From: Sphaeroforma arctica JP610
Lineage: Eukaryota
Length of the DNA stretch: 20,000 nucleotides
Direction: 5' to 3'
Assembly (NCBI RefSeq): GCF_001186125.1
Contig: NW_014040507.1
Coordinates: 167,668-187,667 of the forward strand
In this document: piece after piece, positions 1 through 10,114 of the stretch
How the letters are laid out: each line of letters starts with the position of its first letter
How positions within the stretch are numbered: position 1 is the first letter of the stretch
Made by a program: the position numbers and the translations under genes
Notes under the pieces: generated by a model
Databases searched by the model: none
What the model saw: the letters and a program-made list of their open reading frames with translations, nothing else
What the model was told of the DNA's origin: nothing

Positions 1-313
1 CGAGTGGTCGCGAAAATTGAAATATCTGGTCAAGGCAGCAGGTTTGGACCCCAAACTGTACTCTGGGCATTCCCTGCGCATCGGAGGTCTGTCCGCCTTG
101 AAGGAGTCTGGTTTATCGAACAGCGAGGTATAGATTCTTGGGCATTGGACATCGAATACCTATCTAATTTACTGGCGCCTTTCGGATATCGATCACGCAC
201 GCATAGAGTGCACATACTTTAAGTCTCTGTACACTGCACATGCACAATGCACAAGTACACACACAAAATAGGCGCTCTCGCCGAAGCGTGCGATTCATTC
301 CTCATCGCTATTG

Positions 314-512
314 ATCACAGTAAACCAGGATTGTTTACCAAGCATAAAACTACGGTCAAACACCGGAAGCTCAACAGGTTTATCCCAGCATCAAGCAAAG
401 AGAGAATCTAAACTCAGAGAGGGACATAAAAATATTACAGATGGAAATTAATCTCGGAGCCGAAGTGCCGGGAGTATGGAATCATCAATATAGAAAATCT
501 CTGATGGGCATA
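314..512 (+). pseudogene. C-terminal remnant of Ty1/copia RNase H (end of an upstream element)
   Basis: Manual translation from 314 gives ITVNQDCLPSIKLRSNTGSSTGLSQHQAKRESKLREG, matching the copia RNase H pattern (I-x-x-D-N..AI.L..N......KH...R...+RE). After a frameshift/deletion it gives YRKSLMGI (489-512), resembling the terminal R..LG+ motif. A purine tract GGAGGAG follows at 531-537. Confidence 0.55.
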
Positions 513-537
513 AGGGCATCCCTAAATATCGGAGGAG

Positions 538-784
538 TCCAATCTAAACGTATAAGGCCAAAGATTATAACGGAAGCCACGATCAGTTGAAGACGTGGCG
601 ACGCTGCCTTTGGATTGGATTATAGATTAAGTGAGAACCTTTTTCACCTTAAGAGGTGTTTTTTAATGGCTCAAGGATTACGAGTCCAATGCATATAAAA
701 GCAGGGACTTGAATCAAATAAATGACAACTATTCACTCAAGACTTAAAACACTTTAAAAGATATTTTAATATCTAAGAACAATA
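538..784 (+). repeat. Putative copia LTR (degraded termini), between a PPT-like tract and a PBS
   Basis: Preceded by GGAGGAG (531-537). Contains TATA-like TATAAAA (~695) and AATAAA (~717). Ends ...AACAATA immediately before the PBS at 785. The TG/CA termini are not intact and no second copy is present in the window. Confidence 0.5.
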
Positions 785-798
785 ACTTATCAGGTCCG
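785..798 (+). promoter_or_regulatory. Primer-binding site ACTTATCAGGTCCG (half-tRNA type)
   Basis: Sits between the LTR end and the gag ATG (818). An identical 14-mer occupies the same position in the - strand copia (6676-6689). Confidence 0.7.
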
Positions 799-817
799 TT
801 TTACCTCTACTCTGAGA

Positions 818-2200
818 ATGACAAGATTCGATTTGAAACCAAAGTTTAAATTCCTGATTTAAATAAGCCGGTCCAGTGAGACCAATGGAAAGCTCAATTG
901 GATATGATCCTGATGAAACAGGGTCGCCTACAACTGATCGAAACCGCTACGCCACCTGACGACTACTATGAGACGGAGCCGCGTCTGAGTCAATTTATCA
1001 TACGATCTCTCGACGACTTCAACAGGAGTTACTCCATATCATGAAGGAACCCTACGCGTTTTTCAATGCATTGGAAACCAAATATAAGATTAACACCCAG
1101 GGAGAAATTGGCCGTTTGAGAAAGGAGCTCTGCACAAAAACGCAGAAAAGTAACGTAACTTGGGAGGCCTTTATTGGTGATATTAATTTGAAGAAAATGG
1201 AATTGGAGAAAGGCGAGACTCCACCGCCTGAGATTGACTTGAAGGCCGTCTTGAAGGAAGCTCTTATTGAACGTTTTAAAGCAGCAAGAACTCATCTCAA
1301 CACAGTTGATACTGATGTCATGAGCTACGAGGAGCTCTGCGAATACCTCCGAAAATTCGATATGGAGGAAATTCAAACATCGACCTCCAATACAGAGACT
1401 CGAGGAGGAGAGAGAGCACTTTCTGCCAGAGCAGAACGAAAGTGCTCCAATTGTAGCAAAGCAGGTCACCTTGCTCGTGATTGCCGATCCAAGCATCGCA
1501 GACCCAGACCGCACGTCTACTCTGACCGCAGGGAACATCGCAAACCTTATGAAAACCGATACTCCAACAATCGTGGAGATAATTCCAACGAACAACATCA
1601 CCGTAATAGAGCTGATGTGTCCAAGTCTTACCGTAAAGACTATTCAACACCGAAATCTACACCCTACTCACGACGTGCCGACTATCCGTCGAAGAAACCC
1701 AACTATCATCAAGATAAACGTAATGAATTTTACAGAAAAGCATATAACGCTAGAGGATACTACTCGAGGGAAGAAATGTGTAAACCTCCTAAAGTAACGT
1801 TTAATTTGGACAAGAATGATGACCAAAATTCGAGTAGTGACGATGAAGACGTTAGAGCATTCTCGGCAGTTGCCGACTATGTCGAATCTGACGTCAAATT
1901 GTCGGATGACGACATGCCAGAAGCCATCATGGCAACCCCCGAAAATTGCCCTGGATTTGGGATGAAGCCAAACACCGAGCCGGACGAGAGAGAAGTATCA
2001 GATTTTATTCCAAATAATCCAACTTGTAGTTCGGACAAAAACTTTTACTCGACAGCTCTAGTGAGGACGACAATTTTGACCTACCCAAGGATAGACCCCT
2101 GGGACCCCTACTCGACAGCTCTAGTGAGGATGACTACGATGTCCTACCCGACCTAATGTCCAACAGCGACTCCGAAGAAGATGGAGCTTTTAGTGATAAA
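818..2200 (+). pseudogene. gag: Ty1/copia gag (frameshifted; longest ORF 1041-2156) with CCHC zinc knuckle
   Basis: N-terminal DQWKAQLDMIL...QFIIRSL / PYAFFNALETKY is copia gag-like. The knuckle CSNCSKAGHLARDC lies at ~1444-1485 and is followed by a basic and acidic low-complexity tail. Confidence 0.85.
2046..2130 (+). repeat. 22-bp direct repeat TACTCGACAGCTCTAGTGAGGA, 63-bp spacing (LLDSSSEDD x2 in the gag-PR linker)
   Basis: Copies at 2046-2067 and 2109-2130. Confidence 0.85.
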
Positions 2201-3500
2201 TTTAATGAGGACGTATATCTCTTCACCAATCAAAGCCATAGACTCTGAGAGAATTTCCGGTCAAAGAGCATCTACGACTGACAAAATAACAGCGACTGAA
2301 CCTAGTGGGACTCTGGACAGTGGAGCATCAGTCCACATTATTAACGATTTGGAGTTGATATCAAACGCAAAACGTCACTTCACAAACGTATACCTAGCTG
2401 ACGGGACTATTGGAATCGCAACTCACTCAGGGCAATTGAGTGACGCTGGAAGGGCTATTTATGGACCAGTTTTAAAGACCATCCTAATCAGCGTCCCCCA
2501 ATTAACCAAGGCAGGATACAAGATCTACGTGGATGACACAGTATACCTCTTACTATCACCCCAACACCTAGTATAAAATTGTGAGCAGAAGCAAGGCGTT
2601 TACGTCGTACCCCTGGATATTTTTTCAAAAGAATTTGCCTACTCCGCCAGTTGGCATGAACGACTAGCGCACCCGGATCATTTACCCAAGGACCTGCCAC
2701 CTATCGACTATCATGCGAACTGCGAGTCCTGTATCATGGGTACACTTGTCAGACGTCGGACACGAAAGATCAGAAAGAACGGCCCATCCGAAAACCCATT
2801 GGACTTACTCTATATTGACCTTATTGGGAAATTTAAACGGAGCATTGGAGGAAACTGCTATGGCCTAACTCTCATTGACGACTGCTCCAATTTCTAGAAA
2901 TTTGAACCACTATCCACCAAGAAAGCGCCAGTAGTATATGACGCCTTATTCGGAGCACTAGACGATTTATCAGTACTGAGTAAAAGGAAAGCGAACGTTT
3001 TACAATTCGACCGAGCCTTGGAGTTTGTGGATAAGGAAGTGGAGACTAACTTACAAAAACTTGGCTACGATATTCGATCAACACCGAAAGACTCGCCACA
3101 ACACAACGGAAAAATTGTGCGGAGTCACCGTACCAATTTAGAAAGAGCTAGGGCGACTCTACACAACTCCGGCTTAGGTGACGAATTATGGAGTGAGGCA
3201 TACCAACATGTCGCAGACGCTCATAACAACGTCGGGAGTAAGAGGAATCCGACAACGCCAATCGAAAGATTCACTGGTCGAAAACCAAATTATAACCGTT
3301 TTCGAACCTTCGGCAGCAAATGTCTATGGCGGAAGGCGACTAAAACAACAAATGGGATAAGCGCGTTCGCCGTGGAATTGTGATGGCCAACCCCCAACGA
3401 ACCATCTCTGATACTTTCCAAGTTTTTAGTCCAGAAACCAACAGAGTATCACGAACCAGAGATATACATTTTTTTTTAGGATGAATTTTACATATGGAAG
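2201..3500 (+). pseudogene. pol: Ty1/copia pol fragment: aspartic protease, integrase Zn finger and core; truncated before RT
   Basis: LDSGASVHI (~2313); WHERLAH...CESC (~2652-2733); PLDLLYIDLIG...LTLIDD; QFDRALEF; SPQHNG; LWSEA...TPIERFTGRKPNYNRFRTFGSKC; SH3-like KWDKR...RTRDIHF. Several stops and frameshifts, and no RT follows. Confidence 0.9.
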
Positions 3501-3679
3501 GATGGACAATGTACGGAGCAGACTACAGGAAGAAAAGCTGAGCGGAAGAACGACGACTTATCGACCGTATCTTCACAGCCTATGGGACCAGGCGAAAATA
3601 CTCAAGCCGCCTCTAATAAACGCCATCGAGAATTGTTTATAATATGGAACTATCCCTAGTAGTAGACTATGACCGGGCT

Positions 3680-3920
3680 ATTATTTGCTCGAGGATGCGA
3701 AATCTCACTTTTGTAAGTGAATTACCTCATGTGTGTGTGATCTAGCAATGAGATTACCTTGCGTGCGTGAGATCTTGTAATGTTCAAGTACGTTTTCATT
3801 GTTTGGGCTATTGTGATCGAGTTGTTACTTGCTCGAGGGTGTGAAATCTCGAGTTGTTACTTGCTCGAGGATGTGAAATCGCACTTTTGTAAGGGAATTA
3901 CCTTGTTCGTGTGAGATCTT
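3680..3920. repeat. Degenerate interspersed direct repeats (TTGCTCGAGG.TG.GAAATC x3; CACTTTTGTAAG.GAATTACC x2)
   Basis: Copies start near 3684, 3829 and 3860. The context is non-coding, possibly LTR/UTR sub-repeats. Confidence 0.7.
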
Positions 3921-4666
3921 ATCGTATAAGTTCTTTTAGTGCACTATATGATTCTTTCTATTAATGTACTTACTTGAAACTATGTTTGCGTGAATATACT
4001 TGTGCGTAGATTTACTCTCTCTTTGTTCAAGCTCGATATTATTATCCAACGATTGTGTGAATGTGTTCATGATTTTAAGCGACTATTCTACTTTCTTAGT
4101 CTTATCTTTGCGCATGAATTATTATTGTGCTCTCTCTTCGTTGTATTAGCTCCAATATACCAAGTCTCGTTGTTTTACTGTCAATGTTGATGATCAATAT
4201 TGGTAGAACGTGTGTACGTATGCGTCTCGTATGCTAGCTTCTAGAGTCCTTTTTGTACTGTCTTTCTTGTATGACTCATCAGTTTTTTAGCTTCCCAACA
4301 TTGATAAATAAATCACCTTGACACTTTTCTGGTTTTTAGAACATCTGTCACCTAATATGAATACAAAACACGCTATAGCTTCACACAGTCACCTTGGTTG
4401 ACGGTCTTCACTTGCTTTGTTCTGCGAAGAAGCTGTTGAGTCTTCGCTTCTCTTTTGTCCAGTTTACCCTGCTGGCTTTCCTTCCTCACTTCCCTGAGGT
4501 TTCGTCTCAGCAGTAGGGTGCCTTCCGTCTTCCTCTCTTGGGTCCCTCGTAGTTCTTATTCTAACTTCTAATAAAGTTATGCTAAGTTCACTTTGGCACT
4601 TCACGTTTCTAGTACCCTATAGTTAATGATCCTTTCTTAGCTGGTTGATTTACCGTGGTAAGGATA

Positions 4667-5007
4667 TTGTTAAAAATAGAGTTTGAGAGTAGCTAATAAG
4701 ATACGACCAGAAGAAACAATAGACCTCTTCTCAAGTGTGAATCCTACAGCTAGGTAAAGTCCTAGGCTGAAGGACTCGCATTGAGTCTTTATTTGTGTGA
4801 AGTATTTTCTACACTATACTCAATCTTTACTTGAGTGTTTCTCTCACACGCGGGAGTCCCGGTATCATCTACTGGTAATCCCGCTATATTTCTGATCACT
4901 CTATCATCAGAAATATTGGATCCTAGATCCAAAACTCAGTATTTGATAATCCTGGGTTTTGGGTTTAGGATTGGCTTTTCTGATATTCTGGCCCCTGGAT
5001 GCTACAC
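4667..5007 (-). repeat. Possible solo LTR-like segment interrupting the - strand copia
   Basis: On the - strand it begins TGTAGC right where the copia CDEC motif ends and finishes ...TTTTAACA, with AATAAA inside. There is no convincing target-site duplication. Confidence 0.3.
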
Positions 5008-6652
5008 ACATTCATCGCACTACTTATGTTGTCTTATACGGGGTAAATTAGGGGGTATGTCGACAGTATGTACGAGACGTTGATGCCAAGTGACATAGGC
5101 AGAATCTGAAAAATCCAAAAGTTCAAAAAATCGACAATATACATACCAGATGAGTCTTCTTCAGTATGTATAACGCGATTCTTCGGTGTAATGATGGCAA
5201 GATATTTTCTGAAAATACAAAGAGATACCCATGTTCTGTCATCAATCGTACGCTGCGTAATGGAATCGTGAATGTCTCATCCAGCAGGGCTGTTCCGAGA
5301 TCGAAGAATTCGGCAGAGCAAGTCGGTGTAATACAGTTCCCATCAGCAACTTTCACTGAATATGTATTGTTGGCGGTTGTCGGTAAATTGAGCGCGCCTG
5401 TCTTTTCTGAATATGGCAATATATGCTTGGTCGCACATGAATCGACGGCGAGTCAATATCCTCCTGGACCTCTCAATTGGGGCAGTCTTGGGTTAAATTC
5501 TGTGTCTACCTGGTTGGCATGAGCGTTCACCATAAAAGCATTAGCCGGTTGTTGAGACATTGTATGTGTGCTGCTTGGTTTTTGTATATGCGCGTATTCC
5601 GACTGTATCCAATTGGCATATTGTTGTTGTTGTGCTGCGGCATCTTTCTGGTCAAATTCAGCTTGCAGTCTTATGAGCAAACTGTTGGGATTAGCAAGTG
5701 AGATTAGCAAGTGCAGAATTAGCGTGTTGTTGTCGGTTTCTAAATCCATAATTTTTGTATCCTCGTCCTCAATTCACAAATCGTCTGCTGAATCCTCCGC
5801 GTTGGTGTTGGTCGAGCGACCAATATGACTAGGTCCTCGAGCTGTTACTATTAGAATCGCGGCCATGTCCTGAATTTTGGAAATTGCCTCGTCCAACAAA
5901 TCTTCCTTAACTCTGGTAGCCTACTCGGCCTGTAAATCTCCCTCGGCCTCTTGGATTGAAGTTTTAAATGAATTGTGGCAATCGACAATTTCGTGCGATG
6001 TGTCCGTAATTTTTGCACTTGTGACATTTAACGTTAGTAGTGGCAGCAAAAGCGGCATCCAAAGGCGATGTTGCATTGGTATTCAGAATCCGGGCTTCAA
6101 TTTTCAATGCAGTCTGTTGTACATATGCTATGGCAGCTCCGTAGCTTAGTACCATAGCACTGTCGGTAGGAGGTGAGTTACTATAGAAATGTAATTTGTA
6201 TGTAGAGCACAGGTTAAAATGTGGTCTTCTCGGTGTCGTTAAGTACGATATTCATATTGAAGGCGTCAACAAATTTCGTGTTCAATCTTAGAATAAACTT
6301 ATCCATGTTCTCGTTGTCTTGTTGTCGTACTTAACCATCGTATCTTGCCTCCTTCTCCGACGTGACCATAATTTTGGTATAGCATAGTGAACATCTCTTT
6401 CGGAGTCATAGTTGCACTCAGAGTAGCCATTATGTCTGGCGATACAGATTTGATTATGTAGTGTTGACCCTCTCCAATTTCTTCGTCTTTCCAGGCTCGT
6501 TCATAATTGGTGTTGGTGGCGGGCTTCATTGCGTGGTGTATTATATCACATATATCGTCGGCTCGTAAAATGACAGTGAGTTCCATAAGCCACATCTTGA
6601 AATTACTATGGCCTTTGAGTTTGTTTTCCGACTTCCACTTGGTGTTCGTCAT
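5005..6652 (-). pseudogene. gag-pol: Second Ty1/copia fragment: gag, zinc knuckle, protease, integrase Zn finger
   Basis: Gag N-terminus KLKGHSNFKMWLMEL...TPKEMFTMLYQNYG (6299-6652); knuckle CHKCKNYGHIARNC (~5985-6026); protease LAVDSCATKHI (~5420-5452) with VKVADG; WHQRLVH...CDEC (~5008-5088). Multiple stops and frameshifts. Confidence 0.88.
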
Positions 6653-6675
6653 GTTGAAAAAATCGAGTAGAGTAG

Positions 6676-6689
6676 CGGACCTGATAAGT
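6676..6689 (-). promoter_or_regulatory. Primer-binding site ACTTATCAGGTCCG (half-tRNA type)
   Basis: Directly follows the LTR 3' end ...GTCTAACA (6690) on the - strand and precedes the gag ATG at 6652. Confidence 0.75.
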
Positions 6690-6900
6690 TGTTAGACTGC
6701 CAATTGTAAGAGCTTAGAATAAGTACTTTATTGTGGTGCCTGCTCAAGGCATTTATACTGAGAATTATTTCTGTCATGACTAATTCATGAACAGGGGAAA
6801 AACCCTTATTTAGGAAAAACCCATTTACATTTTTATGTTGTAGTTTATGTTGTCCAATACAAGCTTCGTATGGTTTTACTACGCTTATATTGGACCTTCA
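6690..6900 (-). repeat. 5' LTR of the - strand copia (outer boundary uncertain)
   Basis: On the - strand: TATAAAT (~6751-6757), AATAAA (~6727-6732) and a terminal ...CTAACA abutting the PBS. Confidence 0.65.
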
Positions 6901-6993
6901 TTGGTGACCCGGTAATCATAATAAGAAAAAGAAAGATTAAATTTTTTTTTAAATTTAATTAATCTAATAAAAGATATCGAAAAAACATACAAG

Positions 6994-8173
6994 ATGAGCG
7001 GAAACATCTTATCTGCTCTAATACACGAGCAAAAGACAATCACACCCCTCGTAGTGCCTATAATAACCCCGGTTCCAATTTCATCACGAGACGAAACAAG
7101 GGAAAGGTTATTCCGCAGGCCGGTTCCGGTCCTTGTGGACCCAATCAGAATAGAAATATTCAGTTCCGTCTCCCCGCGGAATGGACCGATATGAATGACA
7201 TTTTTTCTTATTCACCTTCAAGACTTCGGGAACCGACCCGGGATTGTCCGCATCGCAAAGTAGCGCAACCCTTTCTCCCGTTTGAGAACTACCGTTGGTG
7301 GAACCGTAATGGAAGATATTCAGGGTATCAATGTATTTAAGACACTCCCGAATTTGTTGCCAGCCCCTACGGACGAGTGAATGGTAAGGGAACAACCACT
7401 GCGGCCGATACCGCGGCCGGTGTTCAATACTTTTGGAGACCAAATATTTCGGGTGTTCTTTCGAATGACCTCATTCTTCTCCTGCCTTATATGCCCGAGG
7501 TGATGATTGAACTGTACCTGGATGACGCATATGGCTTAACACTGACACGGTTGAATTTTCCGCCGATTTTGTCAATGCTTTCGAGGGTAGTCTTACCGAA
7601 CGACCTCTACACTACTATTACACTTCCGCTTCTCAATTCACCCATAACATTCAGGGTGACGCGGATACCGCCATTGGTTCATTGTGAATCGATACAAAAG
7701 GTATCTTCGGAGTGCTTAAAAATAACACTCATATTTCCGATATCACAAAGAACAGTTTCAAGTTTATTCACGGAGGAACATCGCAGTGTCAAATGTCTCT
7801 CGTTTCCGTCGTGTTCCACAGGAACCCATCCGGAACACCAGAAATAGAGGTGCCGGTGGATACAAACAGGGAGAGTATCTGGCATATTTCCCGCATGTTC
7901 TGGCAAATGTCAGACAGAAAAATGGCGGTATGAATATCGCCGGAGTGATTGGCTCCCGCCGATGATGAGGCTTCCGTCTCTTCGATTTGGGCCATTGGTG
8001 TTGATATGACTGTTGATAACAGCAAGTTGGGAGGTTTGGATAGAACAGTCACATTTGGTTTTCCTCTTCTATTGACGACAATGGGGACCACTCTGAGTCA
8101 TTTAACCGCTTTCGTACAATACGGTAATATTTTAACCATTAACCCCAACCGGTCTACTTTGATTACATTCTAA
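6994..8173 (+). pseudogene. Polinton-like virus/virophage-type double jelly-roll major capsid protein (decayed)
   Basis: Stitched frames give FSRLRTTVGGTVMEDIQGINVF (7273-~7340), FWRPNISGVLSNDLILLLPYMPEVMIELYLD, IWAIGVDM...GGLD and C-terminal HLTAFVQYGNILTINP. These motifs occur in the order typical of PLV MCPs over ~390 codons, flanked by AT-rich intergenic DNA. Confidence 0.75.
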
Positions 8174-8245
8174 ATGAAATCAATAATGAAATCAAATTTC
8201 TAATTCCTTTTTCCAAATATAAAAATTAGAAAATTCAAATTAATA

Positions 8246-8800
8246 TTACGCTTGATATGCGTGATTAACAAGTAATGTTCCACCATGTAAGTCATTATCA
8301 CTAAACTTGGTCTCAATTTTAAATGTGATCATCGGTCCCGCGACAGTGAATGAAATTGGGTTCCCGTTTTCTTGAACAATTCTAAGATTAAACTGTTGAA
8401 GCTCTGTGTTATCATAGAGGGGGTGGAGAAATACCCGCATCGGTCGTTTCATTGTAAATTTGAACACCAGCCCCCAGAACCGGAAAGGTCTCTATTACCC
8501 CATTATCATATGTTGCCGGGGCTACATCCGTATCCATCAACGGTATATTATTTGACGACAAAACACAAAACTTTGCTAACGATAATATATCCGCGGCATC
8601 GAATAATATATTTCCAAGTCGATTAGTTGTCTCACCTGTGGTCGGGGCTTTTACTCGGGCCGGTAAATCGACCGTAATGTTGAATGATGTTCCTGGGGGT
8701 GTAAAAGGCATTTGCAAAATTATTTGAACTATTCGTATTAATATTCAGGTCTTGGTTGAAAATGATGTCTCTATTTTAAAGGCTTAATTCTTTGTGCCAT
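8246..8800 (-). pseudogene. Putative minor capsid (penton) protein of a Polinton-like virus
   Basis: ATG at 8800. Stitched ...LSLAKFCVLSSNNI...NGVIETFPV...ELQQFNLRIVQENGNPISFTVAGPMITFKIE resembles the mCP C-terminal pattern (+R+.D..G..+.F....+.+). It lies between the MCP and the ATPase. Confidence 0.6.
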
Positions 8801-8858
8801 TCTTTTCTTTCTTTCGTTTTCTTTGTTTAATCAGATTTTATTAATTAAATTAAATCAT

Positions 8859-9417
8859 TTAATCTTCTTCATCGGACAATTCACTTCTATCATCTATCGC
8901 TTCTATATCGACCTCTTCAGATTTCTTGAATAACCGTTTTTTAACCATATTAATAAATAAAAATGAAAAGGGTTGTTTAAAGATATCTAAAATTACTCTC
9001 TCATAAGTTTTTGGGTTGTTAAATATGGAAGTATATTCTATCAATGCGTTGATTTCGCGCCTGTTTCTTATATTAAAGAACAAGACATAACCCAGATTGG
9101 TCCTGAATGCCAATGGATATTCTCGAAATTTTTTGAGATACCACTATATAACTTATAATAAAGTAACTTTTATTGTAGCAGAGTCGAGCATTATCGTCAT
9201 TTCTCTTTTTAATATTTTTAATCAAATCGTCGATAACAATAAGAGTACTGTAAATAAAACCTTTTGATAACCCGGCCTGATATTCTACATTGATATCGTC
9301 CATATCTTGATCCAATGTCGAAAGGTCAGTTTTGAATCTACTTTGGGCTATAAAATCCGTATTATAAACATTGTTAATCTAGTCCAAAAGAACTGTCGTC
9401 TTACCGGAATTGGAAGC
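8859..9417 (-). pseudogene. A32-like (FtsK/HerA superfamily) DNA packaging ATPase, 5'-truncated
   Basis: Walker A remnant ASNSGKTT (9394-9417), Walker B TLIVIDD (9226-9246), IVVSQK, then FRTNLGYVLFF...IFKQPFSFLFIN. It carries one stop and one frameshift. Confidence 0.8.
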
Positions 9418-10030
9418 TATACACGTGTGAGTCTGTGGGGTGTGTGTATACGTGTGCGTCTGTGGTGTGTGTGTATACGTGTGAGTCTATGGTGTGTGTG
9501 TGTGTATACGTGTGAGTCTATGGTGTGTGTGTGTGTATACGTGTGAGTCTATGGTGTGTGTGTGTGTGTTGTGTGTGCCTGTGAGGTGTATGAGTGTATC
9601 TGTCTGTGTCTGGGACGGAGTCTGTGTCTCTGTTTGTCTGAGATGATTCTGTGTTTCTGTGTGTGTGGTGTGTGTTGGTGTGTGTAGGTGGTGTGTGTGT
9701 ATGTGTGTATAGTATATAGTATATATATATATGTTTGTGCGTGTGCGTGTGTGCGTGTATGTTTATGTGTGTATGGAAGTGTGTATGTGTGTATGGAAGT
9801 GTGTGTGTGTGTACGTGTACGTGTGTGTGTGTATGTGTGCCTCTATTTGAGTGTGTGTGTGATTCCCCATTTAGACGAAGTGCGTACGTCTTTCTATATA
9901 GATACATACACATGTATGTGTTTATGTGTGTACACGTTTGTATATATTTGTTTGTTTACGTCTGCATGTCTAATTTTGTTTCATTTTCATTTTGTGCATG
10001 GATTTGTGTGCGTATGGATCTTCGTATGTC
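9418..10030. repeat. TG/CA-rich low-complexity satellite with ~5 copies of TATACGTGTGAGTCT(A/G)TGG(TG)n at its left end
   Basis: Directly visible. The overlapping His/Thr- and Cys/Val-rich ORFs are repeat artefacts. Confidence 0.95.
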
Positions 10031-10114
10031 AACTCGAGCTGTTTCACACCCACTTTCTTGGCTCGATACGGCGATTTTGAGCCTCGGATGGGTTTGCCCA
10101 CAAGCTTCTTCCCA

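Larger units (their letters stand above)
6930..9420. mobile_element. Endogenised Polinton-like virus remnant (morphogenesis module only)
   Basis: Compact, intronless MCP>, <mCP, <ATPase cluster with short AT-rich spacers. No polymerase, integrase, protease or TIR was recognised in the window. Confidence 0.7.

Noticed and set aside
371..390. TCAACA GGTTTATCCCAGC as LTR end plus half-tRNA-Met PBS
   Set aside because: Poor match to GGTTATGGGCCCAG, and it lies inside the RNase H-like reading frame.
1029..1601. 190-aa - strand ORF and other antisense ORFs over TE genes
   Set aside because: Shadow frames of recognisable gag/pol/capsid coding on the opposite strand.
3680..3920. Repeat cluster (also 9418-9570 and 12235-12284) as a CRISPR array
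   Set aside because: Irregular or absent unique spacers, no cas genes and a eukaryotic TE context.
5049..5065. TAGGGGGTA-TGT as PPT plus LTR start on the + strand
   Set aside because: It is the antisense of the copia WHQRLVH...IPPNLP coding segment.
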